From Verrucomicrobiota bacterium (lineage in GTDB: Bacteria > Verrucomicrobiota > Verrucomicrobiia > Limisphaerales > CANJSG01): a stretch of DNA of 64,000 nucleotides. The stretch spans positions 17,631 through 81,630 of the forward strand of contig JAYVSO010000010.1 of NCBI GenBank assembly GCA_043775315.1, written 5' to 3'. A program made the translations under genes and the position numbers. Positions 18,001 to 25,734 of the stretch are shown piece by piece. Position 1 is the stretch's first letter; each line of letters starts with the position of its first letter. Below the pieces are notes generated by a model. It did no database searches. It was not told where the DNA came from and saw only the letters and a program-made list of their open reading frames with translations.

Positions 18001-19176
18001 CAGGACAATGTCATTCGGATCGATGAGCAATCCACCGGACACCCAGCCGGGGATCGCCGTCGCATCCAGCCGGGACAATATCGATTCCATCACCTCGCCT
18101 GAAATCTCCACGTGACCACCGTCGCCACCGTTCAAGCCGCCCCCGGCGGATACGACCGAGCCAACCCTGTCCTTGAAGAAATTCCCCGACTTGATGGTGA
18201 TCCTGCCGCCGCCGCTGACTCCGGAAAGTGCGCCGTCCGCGGCGACCCTCGATCCCGCTGAAAGCTCAACCGTGTCAGCGGCGAAGATCTCGATCACGCC
18301 GTTGCGTTCGCGGATGGAGTTTGCCTGGACCACCCCGCGCTGGTTCACGACCGAGGCATGCATCAGCACTCGCCCGGCATCCGCCTGGATGCGGCCTGAA
18401 TTGTCCACCGCGCCTTTGGGAACGTTCACCTTCACGCTGAGCCCCCGCCCATCGGGCCGATCCGAGATCATAACCTCCTGGGCCGACAGAAGGCCAACCG
18501 TCCCACCCTGGGCCGAGATCGAACCCTTGTTCTCTATCTCGCGCCCGATCAGGAAAAGCGATCCGCCTTCACCGGTTTCAAGTCGGCCGTAGTTGACGAT
18601 CGGAATCGACGGCGGCGCCCCGTTGAACTCGAACGAACCAGCGCCAGCCATTCCCGGATAGATGGGTGCGGTGGTCACATACAAACCTGCCGCCTTCACA
18701 AAAGATTCCGGGCCGAAATAAAAACCAGCCTGGTTCGCGAGGACTACCACGCCATTGGCCTGAAGGCTGCCGTAGATCTGCGATGGATTCGGGTCGTTGA
18801 CGCGGTTCCAAACGATCGAAGATGCCGACGGCTGCTGGAAGACCGTGGTTTCCCCGCGTGCGATGTTGAAGCTGCCCCAGTTCAGGAAAGCGTTATGCGA
18901 TGCAACCACGTTGACCTGCGATCCGCTTTGCAACACCTGGGCCGAGCCGGAAACAACCTGCAGCCCGGCAGGATTCGCGATCACGTCCGATGGATCGAGA
19001 AACACGCCCAACGCAAGCAATGCCAGACATGGGCCGGACCTGGAGAGCCACAGAGCATCCGACAGCACCGATCGGCCGCCCGAGATTCCACGGCCGGCAT
19101 ACAGCCATGGCATACCTGTGGAGCCGGCACGACGCCGACCGATGAAGCGCCTGGCCGCGTTGTCTTGTGTCTTCAT
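15022..19176 (-). CDS. Two-partner-secretion exoprotein (TpsA) with filamentous-haemagglutinin N-terminal TPS domain, 1384 aa
   Basis: TPS domain motifs (NPAGLQVVSGSAQV.., FNIARGETTVF, NRVNDPNPSQIYGSLQANGVVVLANQAGFYFG), then a long Gly/Ser/Asn/Ala-rich beta-helix-type repeat region. Starts 7 nt after the tpsB stop. Confidence 0.85.
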   Translation of the reverse strand: MKTQDNAARRFIGRRRAGSTGMPWLYAGRGISGGRSVLSDALWLSRSGPCLALLALGVFLDPSDVIANPAGLQVVSGSAQVLQSGSQVNVVASHNAFLNWGSFNIARGETTVFQQPSASSIVWNRVNDPNPSQIYGSLQANGVVVLANQAGFYFGPESFVKAAGLYVTTAPIYPGMAGAGSFEFNGAPPSIPIVNYGRLETGEGGSLFLIGREIENKGSISAQGGTVGLLSAQEVMISDRPDGRGLSVKVNVPKGAVDNSGRIQADAGRVLMHASVVNQRGVVQANSIRERNGVIEIFAADTVELSAGSRVAADGALSGVSGGGRITIKSGNFFKDRVGSVVSAGGGLNGGDGGHVEISGEVMESILSRLDATAIPGWVSGGLLIDPNDIVLARSGSGGASGGFVGANALPDTLSLNVDTAFSGFSSITLQARNNITLRSGVTWDLAAGTGKDELQSKLTLQAGNDLIFEAGSRILGGQNWSVDLAAGFNFAAGSGFQAGKGRLTLSGDATIQTGGGAISALAGNSIGVGSGAIRTVGGGRVAVEAVAGNVDTGTSVNGYTFGRTGYSVNQNLGGISTAKGGSVSIKAGGNITSFLPPPSGNGVASEAGSGAFGAEAGDVSLNAGGNIVGHYVLRNGAGSIVAGGDAGTSSRALALSLVDGSWSVGATRSIQLQEIRNPNGVFNSSALNNPFRFRFDYGAGASASLKAGNGIVIAGNSLPRASGSSQGLILPPKLSLEAGAGGIQLAANITLFPSPTGNLELTTTSGGDLRSTSAGNPRFLLLSDAERQQWSLSTDFTYVDRGGNTLHLYDLVPVRVDVSGTVEDINLISSKPVAITVGRDILNSSVQAQNFRATDQTSISAGGRIASRNYYSFVALDPGTPEPDFTVFERASIPSEQEGVPPTANSSVAALARLFTYNAKTRTLGVAGKLTASDRVLLQQILVFNPDNFAAAPVPALFADAATLDRLVKASEDVPLVPLEGIEIGGPGNLSISARSMDLGLSRGIISHGPSQNPALIAHTHRGADIGISVVESFDMFSSLVLSEFGGSIGLTAGQRISVGSSERLGNLDLPRGIISLGAGAISVVAGGNVEINGSRIAAYDGGNIAIKSLTGTVDAGSGGSGFVRLSKPYVDSATGELQFIGATIPGSGVLATTFPETLPGEVPRLGNIIVETPQGDIRAGSGGFVQLDLSGKADKNSAIKLQAGTKNPGFDPAKPESPENRKYLYLGSIFATGSGVIGARVDLDATGDITGLVVAQGDLNIKAQQNVSVTAIGQGAVSVKTDSGSVSGTIVGVGAVNVAGGSINANVVTGPGQASVAGTVTGTGATQAAAPSANTASQAIAQAAADPKDKPVAKQDDDEKKKDKPLLTKKRNSRVTVILPRS

Positions 19177-19182
19177 GGTCGT

Positions 19183-21108
19183 TCAGAACTGGGTGCCGAG
19201 TGAGAATGAAAAGAGCAGGACCCCTGAAGCTCGGGTGTTGGAGTCGATGAGCGACCAGCCGAGGACAAAGCGACTTTCGAAATGCTTCCCGAAGAATGCC
19301 GAACCGGCCAACCCGGCACCCCACAAGTCCGAGCTCGACTCCCGTCCCCGGGGTTCCTTCAAAAACACCCGGCCGTAGTCGGTGAAGAAGGATACCGTGG
19401 TGCCGACCCCGACCGCTCGCCCGTCGAGGGTCTCCCTTCGCGAAAATGGCGGGGCCTTGATTTCAAATTGCGCATAAAATCCATCGTCCCCGTAGACCTC
19501 CCCTTCCTGATAGCCCCGGACACTGCCGAGTCCACCGATGCCGAACTGTTCGAGCGACACCAGCGACTGGCTGGCCAACTGGCCCTCGACAGCCGCGGAC
19601 ACCCTCCAATTGCGGATGACTTCCTGATCCCGTGAGACCCGGACCCGGGCCACGACGAACTGCTCCGAAGCGGAAGGACCGCTGTTGTTTCGAAAGTCTG
19701 CGAGGCCGGTGAGGGGCGCGGCGGAGCCTGCGGTCAGGTTGATGGATCCAGACGTGAGCCCCCATTTGTCCGGTCGCGTGCCTTGCCATCCCAACACGAC
19801 GGAAAGATAGGAGTAGTTCTGTTCAGATGAGGCCGAAGGAACGGCCGTGGTGTCTTCCCGGACATCAGGCAAGCCGGACGAATTGGTGATCGTCGCGGTG
19901 GAGTAGAAAACATTGGAAGGATACGTGACGCCGGCGTGGTCCTTGTAGTCGAAGCCGGCGCTCCAAGTCGCCCGCCATTGACCGGAGTTCGCCTGGGGCA
20001 TGCTGAACCGGAGGCCCGATGAGACGTCACGCGTGACCGAGCGGGTGGCGATCTGGTTGTCGATCCGGAGCAGCGCCGTGTCCACGACCGTGCTGATCGG
20101 TCCCCGTGTGGTGAGATCCGTCGATGAGCGACTGGCGTAGGCAGACAGTTCCGCACGACCCGACGTCGGCGGCAATTCGAAGCGGCGGGTCGCCTCATTG
20201 TAGCCGTAACGTTTCGGCTCGGACGACACCTCGTCGGTCACGGCGCGAGCCCCAGACAATGGCGCCCGGTAAAACAGGCTGTAGTTGGCGACGGTCGGCG
20301 CCTCCACAAAGTTGGGTTCCAGTCCGGGTGCGGCGGCCGGTTTGTAGGAGAACGGGCTGAAGCCGTATTGGAGGCCGATGGAATGCTCGCGCTGCCAAAG
20401 ATTGTCGTAGGAGGCGTTCACGTTGAGGCGAAACTCCGGCGATCCAGGAGTGACGATGTTGTTGAGATCCAGACGCCCGTGCAGTGGAAAACGGTCTTTC
20501 ACCTCCAGCACGATCGCCGACGTGTTGGTTTCGGGTCCCGGCTCGATCTGGGGAAATATCTGGCGGTCACGGCTTCCATTCGCCCGGTCCAATTCGGCCT
20601 GAAACACATGGCTGTTCAACAGCGTGTTCGTGCGGAGACTCGGCAACGCCCTGGCCACATTGTCGGAGGAGAAATGCCGGTTTCCCGTCACCTTGATCTC
20701 GGCGAGCTGGCCTTCGGTCACCTGAACCTGAACGACCCCGTTGGTGATCTGCTGCGGAGGCAGAGCCACGCTGATGGTGGGAAATCCGCGCCGCCGGTAT
20801 TCCATCTGGAGATCAGAGGCGGCCTGGACGATTTCGGAGATGCCGAGATTGGTTCCCGTGTGAGCCCGGAACAAACCTTCCATAACCGACTCGGTCAGGA
20901 CCGTGTTTCCTCGAACCTCATAGCGGTGAACCGCCAGTTTTGGAGCCGGGGCAGGCTGCTGCTGGGCAGACAACCGCCCAGCTGTCGCAAGGCAGACCAC
21001 TCCGGCAACAAGGGCGAAGACGAATCCCGCAATGCCGTCGTGCGCACGGATACTCAACCGGCTATTTGTGAATCGAATCATTCCAACAATGGCCCGCGAG
21101 GCTTCCAT
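19183..21108 (-). CDS. ShlB/FhaC/HecB family outer-membrane transporter (TpsB)
   Basis: Signal-like N-terminus, POTRA region (YEVRGNTVL.., GQLAEIKVTGNRHFS), large beta-barrel ending in ..FSFSLGTQF. Confidence 0.85.
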   Translation of the reverse strand: MEASRAIVGMIRFTNSRLSIRAHDGIAGFVFALVAGVVCLATAGRLSAQQQPAPAPKLAVHRYEVRGNTVLTESVMEGLFRAHTGTNLGISEIVQAASDLQMEYRRRGFPTISVALPPQQITNGVVQVQVTEGQLAEIKVTGNRHFSSDNVARALPSLRTNTLLNSHVFQAELDRANGSRDRQIFPQIEPGPETNTSAIVLEVKDRFPLHGRLDLNNIVTPGSPEFRLNVNASYDNLWQREHSIGLQYGFSPFSYKPAAAPGLEPNFVEAPTVANYSLFYRAPLSGARAVTDEVSSEPKRYGYNEATRRFELPPTSGRAELSAYASRSSTDLTTRGPISTVVDTALLRIDNQIATRSVTRDVSSGLRFSMPQANSGQWRATWSAGFDYKDHAGVTYPSNVFYSTATITNSSGLPDVREDTTAVPSASSEQNYSYLSVVLGWQGTRPDKWGLTSGSINLTAGSAAPLTGLADFRNNSGPSASEQFVVARVRVSRDQEVIRNWRVSAAVEGQLASQSLVSLEQFGIGGLGSVRGYQEGEVYGDDGFYAQFEIKAPPFSRRETLDGRAVGVGTTVSFFTDYGRVFLKEPRGRESSSDLWGAGLAGSAFFGKHFESRFVLGWSLIDSNTRASGVLLFSFSLGTQF

Positions 21109-21259
21109 CCAGACCGAAGACCCTTCACGGCAAGACGGTCATTCTTCCCGTCAATGTGACGATCCCAAGACGAACCGATGACCTTTCCGCAATAATGCAG
21201 ACACCGCTGCAAGGAGCGGCGCGGCAGCCCGTGGGGACGGAGAAATCAGCCTTGTCCGT

Positions 21260-22519
21260 TCAAGGGATGGCCAGGCGGAAGAACCTCTGACCAGGCCCCG
21301 GGGTAATCGGCAGGCGGTTGGTCGAGAGTCCGTTCAGTCCCACGGAATTGGTGGCCACCGGAGTCCAGTCGCCGACCGGGGCGGCCACGTTCGATGACGA
21401 CAAGATCCGGAGACTGCCATTGATGGCCCCGGCCGAACGGATCACCACGTCGGTTCCCGCGATCGCGATACCGAGGATCTGTGGAGCCGGAGGCTGAACA
21501 GAGCCGGCCTGATAGGTGAATCCGTTAGTCAGCGTGGCGAACTGGCCGTCGGGATTTACCACGACCAAACTGACCGATCCGGCCGCTCCCGGGGGAGCAA
21601 TCGCTGTGATCGACGTGGAACCGACCACATTCACGGTGGCCGAAGTGGTGCTGCCAAAAAACACCGACGCACCGATGACGAAGTTGGATCCGGTCAACAA
21701 GACCGCCGTTCCACCTGCGGCAGGACCTGTCGAAGGAGCGGCCTGCGAAACTCCGGGCGCTGACGTAGCGGCCGTGAAGGTCATCGTGCCGTCCCACTTG
21801 AACGTGAAGAACCCGAGATAGTTCGCCGGACCGCTGGGAGGAGTGGGGAGCGTCTCGAAGAGATCGGACCGGCTGATGGACTTGGACGAGAAAAAATCGG
21901 CGGGGGTGATGTTGACGACCGTGTCCTGCCACGAACCGCCAAAGTCCCCGGAACCCATCAGCGCTGTGGGCCCAAGATCATTCCCGGTCGGGAGGATCAG
22001 CGTTGTTCCAGAGTTGGAAACCCCGTTGGACGCTCCGCCGAACGTCTCCCCATAGGTCCGGGCGTTCTTCCCGACGGAATCCATCTTCCCCGCCACGCCT
22101 CCCAATGCGAGGGAACTCTGCCTGATCCAAGGAATTGACAACAACCTCGTGTCACTCCTTGGGCGCGTGGCCCATATCGTGTTCTTGGGTTTTTGTGCCG
22201 TCCCATTGGTCCCGACGATCGATCCAAAAGCCGACCACTTGAGGGAATCGAAGCTGGAGAAAGCGTTGGAAAGGCTGGCCCCGGAATATCGGGTAATGGA
22301 GAAGGTGGACCCGGGAGCAGCACTGTAAAACTGCGAGGCTGGACCCAGATCAACGACTATGTCGCTGCTTCCACCGTCCGTGGTGAAAACGGCGACCATG
22401 TTCAGGTTGGAGTAGTTAATCGCGGATGCGGAAAGCGTCCAGAGAAGGCACAGTGCTGGAAAAAGCTGCGCCGTTATGCGCCAAAGAAGTGCAACCTGGG
22501 TCTGTGAGCCTAGAAACAT
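21260..22519 (-). CDS. Secreted protein: unnamed N-terminal module + IPT/TIG domain + C-terminal beta domain
   Basis: Signal peptide. IPT/TIG-like segment (GPAAGGTAVLLTGSNFVIGASVFFG..VVNPDGQ..GFTYQ). C-terminus ..GQRFFRLAIP. The N-terminal module is paralogous to 24012..24812. Confidence 0.7.
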   Translation of the reverse strand: MFLGSQTQVALLWRITAQLFPALCLLWTLSASAINYSNLNMVAVFTTDGGSSDIVVDLGPASQFYSAAPGSTFSITRYSGASLSNAFSSFDSLKWSAFGSIVGTNGTAQKPKNTIWATRPRSDTRLLSIPWIRQSSLALGGVAGKMDSVGKNARTYGETFGGASNGVSNSGTTLILPTGNDLGPTALMGSGDFGGSWQDTVVNITPADFFSSKSISRSDLFETLPTPPSGPANYLGFFTFKWDGTMTFTAATSAPGVSQAAPSTGPAAGGTAVLLTGSNFVIGASVFFGSTTSATVNVVGSTSITAIAPPGAAGSVSLVVVNPDGQFATLTNGFTYQAGSVQPPAPQILGIAIAGTDVVIRSAGAINGSLRILSSSNVAAPVGDWTPVATNSVGLNGLSTNRLPITPGPGQRFFRLAIP

Positions 22520-22786
22520 GGTGTGACAGGGATGTTTGGTGAATCGCCGGGGCTGCCGGAGATAACAACCTAGAGATGTTGAAGGAGAGCGACCTCCTCT
22601 TTGCGGACATTGAGTAAAACTATTCGGACACGGTCCTAACTCGGCATCCTAGTGTTTAAACCCCAGTGCTGAAGCGCGGTTCCAGTTCCACAACAATCGC
22701 ACTCTGCACTCTGTCACCCAATCTTCATGCGATCCTGGAGCACCGGCCATCTCCATGGGTCATCGCACGTGAACACTTCGGCTCAC

Positions 22787-22816
22787 AAAAAAGTGCGGAC
22801 CTTTTCAGGTCCGCAC
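22787..22816 (-). terminator. Rho-independent terminator after gene 22863..23954
   Basis: Minus strand reads GTGCGGACCTgaaaAGGTCCGCAC followed by TTTTTT. Confidence 0.7.
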
Positions 22817-22862
22817 TTCAGAATTTTCTGACAACCGCTTTAAGCGGCACATGGCCGTTCGA

Positions 22863-23954
22863 TCAATTCGGGAGAATTGGCCCGCCATCCTTGTTCCGAT
22901 AGACCCACATGGATGAAACGTTGGCCGCAGTCGTCGAGGTGTCCAACTGTGTCTTCATCGCCGCCACGAACGCGGGTTCGAAGAGGGTGACGGCGAAGCC
23001 GCTCAGGGTGCTTTTCTTATACAGATGCTCGTAGCCCCAGAAGGTGTAGGAACCGTTTCTCACACGCTCGAGGTCAAAGTTGCCGGCAGCTCCACCGGCC
23101 CAGACGTTGACGCCATTCCATGAAATGGGCTGGGCACCGCCCGTGAGGGCCGCCGCATCGCTAAGGCCGAAATAACCGACACCAGGCTCGCCCGTGCTGG
23201 CATTGCTGAGGTCAACTCTGACGGAACTCCCACTGCCGTAGCCGTCGTCGAAGGCGAAGTCCATCCAAACGTTGGCGACGACCTTCTTCTGCTGCACCTG
23301 GTTGAAGATGCCGTAGCCCGTCTCCGCCAGGGTGATCACGCGGGTGCCGGAAAGATTGTAACGACCCGTCACATTCACAGCCGTCGCGATGTGGTTCGAG
23401 TTTCCCGTCCAGAAGGACTTGGGCCAGTATCCATTGGCCAAAAGCCCGTCCGTGATCTTGGGAGTGATGTTCGTGATGCCTGCGGCAATGGCGTTGGCGT
23501 TGGCCCCCCAAGTGAACGGCTGGATCGCGATCCCAGGTTTGCCAGCGACGGCCGACACTCCGACCAGCGTGGGTGTGAGAAAGCTGGTGGACGATTGGAA
23601 ACAGTCCGACAATGCATAATCGGCCAAGCCCGCCGTGGACGTTCCGGTGCTGACGCCGTTCGTGAAGAGGACGTTGTTGTTCAGAGTGACGTCGCGGATG
23701 CCTTCGACCGAACCGGAGAAGGCGCAGAACACGTTGACCGATTTGCCCGACAGCGTGCCGGTGAAGTTAAATCCGCCTTGGTTGTTGGCGAAAGCAGCAT
23801 CCGTCTTGGTCAATCCCATGGTGCCCAAGGCGGCGAAGACCTGGGCCCGGAATGCGGTCGAGCCGGTCAAACGGACTTCGAAGTCGGCGGCGTTCACGGA
23901 AGAAACCACGCCCGCGAGAAAAAGCGAGGTGGCGATGATTTTATTGAGGTTCAT
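22863..23954 (-). CDS. Secreted protein with divergent PstS-like type-2 periplasmic-binding fold
   Basis: Signal peptide MNLNKIIATSLFLAGVVSSVNA. The motifs LTGSTAF, FSGSVEG and ADYALSD fall in the order of PstS-family anion-binding motifs. This is a weak call. Confidence 0.45.
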   Translation of the reverse strand: MNLNKIIATSLFLAGVVSSVNAADFEVRLTGSTAFRAQVFAALGTMGLTKTDAAFANNQGGFNFTGTLSGKSVNVFCAFSGSVEGIRDVTLNNNVLFTNGVSTGTSTAGLADYALSDCFQSSTSFLTPTLVGVSAVAGKPGIAIQPFTWGANANAIAAGITNITPKITDGLLANGYWPKSFWTGNSNHIATAVNVTGRYNLSGTRVITLAETGYGIFNQVQQKKVVANVWMDFAFDDGYGSGSSVRVDLSNASTGEPGVGYFGLSDAAALTGGAQPISWNGVNVWAGGAAGNFDLERVRNGSYTFWGYEHLYKKSTLSGFAVTLFEPAFVAAMKTQLDTSTTAANVSSMWVYRNKDGGPILPN

Positions 23955-24011
23955 GTGGTTTAAAGGTTGGAGTCTAAAGAGAAGCAAATAGAATGATTGT
24001 TGATCGAGAGG

Positions 24012-24812
24012 TCAGGATTTCCGGGCCTTGATGCCACGGCGGAAAGCGATGGCGAAGAGGCCGGCCGATGTGACGAGACCCCACGTGGTGGGCTCTGGGA
24101 CCGGAGTCGCGGAGACGAAGGACATGGCACCCGCGCCATTGAACTCGAGGTATCCGAGATAGGCACTGTCACCCGATCCGGGGATGATCTCGAAGAGATC
24201 CGCCTGCACAATCTGGCCCGCAGTGTTGAAACCAGAGCCGGTGTTCTTCTCCACGTTGAACGAGATGCTGCCGCCGAAGTCGCCGGACCCGACGAAGTTG
24301 TGGTAGCTGGTGCCGGCGTTGTCGACCGTCTTGGTTGCAGTGGAGGAGAGGTCCACGCCGGAGGAATCCGCGTTGGATCCAATAGAAGCAATCTTCCCGG
24401 CAACTCCTCCCTGAGAGAGACCGCTTGAACGCTGGGGGAAGGGGCTGTTCTGCACGCCGTTGACCGAGCGACCCACCGTGGCCCAGTAGGTATTGTTCAC
24501 ATAGGGGTTCGTGGCCGGCGCGGACTTCTCCGTGGCGACCACTGAAAACGACAGGTTGCTGAAGTCGGTGAATGCCGTTGTCAGATCGCTAGATGAGAAT
24601 CCCGTGACTGCAGTCGTTCCAGTGCGGTTGCGGAATGTCAGGACGCTTCCGAGGTTCACTGTGATGTTCGGGTCGGTGGCGGCGCCATCCGATTGCCGGA
24701 AGTTGAGCAGCAGGTCGTTGTCGAGGTAGGCGAACTGGGCCTTGGCCTCGACAGCTCCGAGGAGGGAGGCCATCGCAGCGGCCAATGCGATGGATTTGTT
24801 CGATTTCTTCAT
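24012..24812 (-). CDS. PEP-CTERM sorting-domain protein carrying the same unnamed module as 21260..22519
   Basis: Signal peptide. C-terminal VPEPTTWGLVTSAGLFAIAFRRGIKARKS is a PEP motif followed by a TM helix and a basic tail. Confidence 0.8.
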   Translation of the reverse strand: MKKSNKSIALAAAMASLLGAVEAKAQFAYLDNDLLLNFRQSDGAATDPNITVNLGSVLTFRNRTGTTAVTGFSSSDLTTAFTDFSNLSFSVVATEKSAPATNPYVNNTYWATVGRSVNGVQNSPFPQRSSGLSQGGVAGKIASIGSNADSSGVDLSSTATKTVDNAGTSYHNFVGSGDFGGSISFNVEKNTGSGFNTAGQIVQADLFEIIPGSGDSAYLGYLEFNGAGAMSFVSATPVPEPTTWGLVTSAGLFAIAFRRGIKARKS

Positions 24813-25179
24813 GTCTGTGGTTGGGTTTGGGATGGCCCCGCAAAGGGGCTCAGGACCCCAGGCTCAGCCTTGTTTGATCGACTGCACCAGTGGCGCAGCC
24901 GACAAGATTATCCCTAGGACCATCCGCACCATACGGACCCCCCAACACCACAACTTCCACCCAGCGGACATCGTGGGCATGGATTGGGACATCAACCGTT
25001 CATCCCTACACTCCTTGCCACGAAGCGGTTGCACGCGAATCGGAATGGAACCACGCAGTGAAGTCGCGAAACGGAGTTGGATCTTCACACAACGGCGCCC
25101 CGCACCGAACTGACTGCGTCCCAATCGCTATCCAACGGCCCAGCGGAAAGCTCAGGCAACCTGTGTTGCCAATGGGCCA

Positions 25180-25732
25180 CGCCCTAGCTGTGGAGGCTCA
25201 AGAGGTTGTTCATGTTGAGGCGGAGCCTTGAGATGGGCGGGAGGAGATTGAGGGAGTGGTGGGGGCGGTGCCAGTTGTAGTTGTGGAGGAAGTTGGGGAG
25301 GCGTTCGGCGCGCTGGCCGGAGTGGGAGTAGGCGTGGGCATGGGCCCAGGAGCGGAGGGAGGTCTGGATGAAGCGCTCGGCCTTGCCGTTGGTCTTGGGC
25401 GTGTAGGGGCGGGTGAAGCGGTGTTTGAGGCCGGAGGCGGGGAACAAGCTCGGCCAGGCGGGCGATCTGGAAGCTGGGAAGCCTTCTGCGGCGCAGGGCC
25501 AGCCACTTCTGGGCGGAACGGACGGAGAGCCCGAACCCGGCGGCCACCCCGGCGACGGGCTGGCGGAGATCGACGATGCGCCGGATCATCTCGGCTCGAC
25601 CCAACGGGGTGAGCTTGGCACTGCTGCGGGCGTTCATGCGGCGGCGGTGTTTGGATCGGTGTCGATTTCACAACACCACCTTTCCAACTCCCCCTCGCAT
25701 GAACAACCTCTTGGATCGTCACAGCTAGGGCG
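25180..25732. mobile_element. Internally deleted IS481-family element (~553 bp) with ~35-bp terminal inverted repeats
   Basis: Left end CGCCCTAGCTGTGGAGGCTCAAGAGGTTGTTCATG (25180-25214) matches the reverse complement of the right end (25698-25732) with a few central mismatches. The ends bracket the transposase fragments. Confidence 0.7.
25184..25637 (-). pseudogene. IS481-family transposase remnant: N-terminal HTH fragment and C-terminal rve fragment in different frames, catalytic core deleted
   Basis: N-terminal fragment MNARSSAKLTPLGRAEMIRRIV..GLSVRSAQKWL. C-terminal fragment ..RFTRPYTPKTNGKAERFIQT..YNWHRPHHSLNLLPPISRL. Only ~150 of the expected ~330 aa remain. Confidence 0.75.
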
Positions 25733-25734
25733 GA

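Noticed and set aside
15022-19176. TpsA as a contact-dependent inhibition (CdiA) toxin, with 14096..14902 as its immunity protein
   Set aside because: I find no VENN or other pretoxin motif and no distinct C-terminal toxin domain. The downstream protein is 268 aa with a TM anchor, unlike small cytoplasmic CdiI proteins.
22666-22902. A 78-aa plus-strand ORF in the intergenic region between the secreted-protein genes
   Set aside because: It spans the rho-independent terminator of the minus-strand gene and runs into that gene's 3' end. It has no ribosome-binding context or recognisable features.
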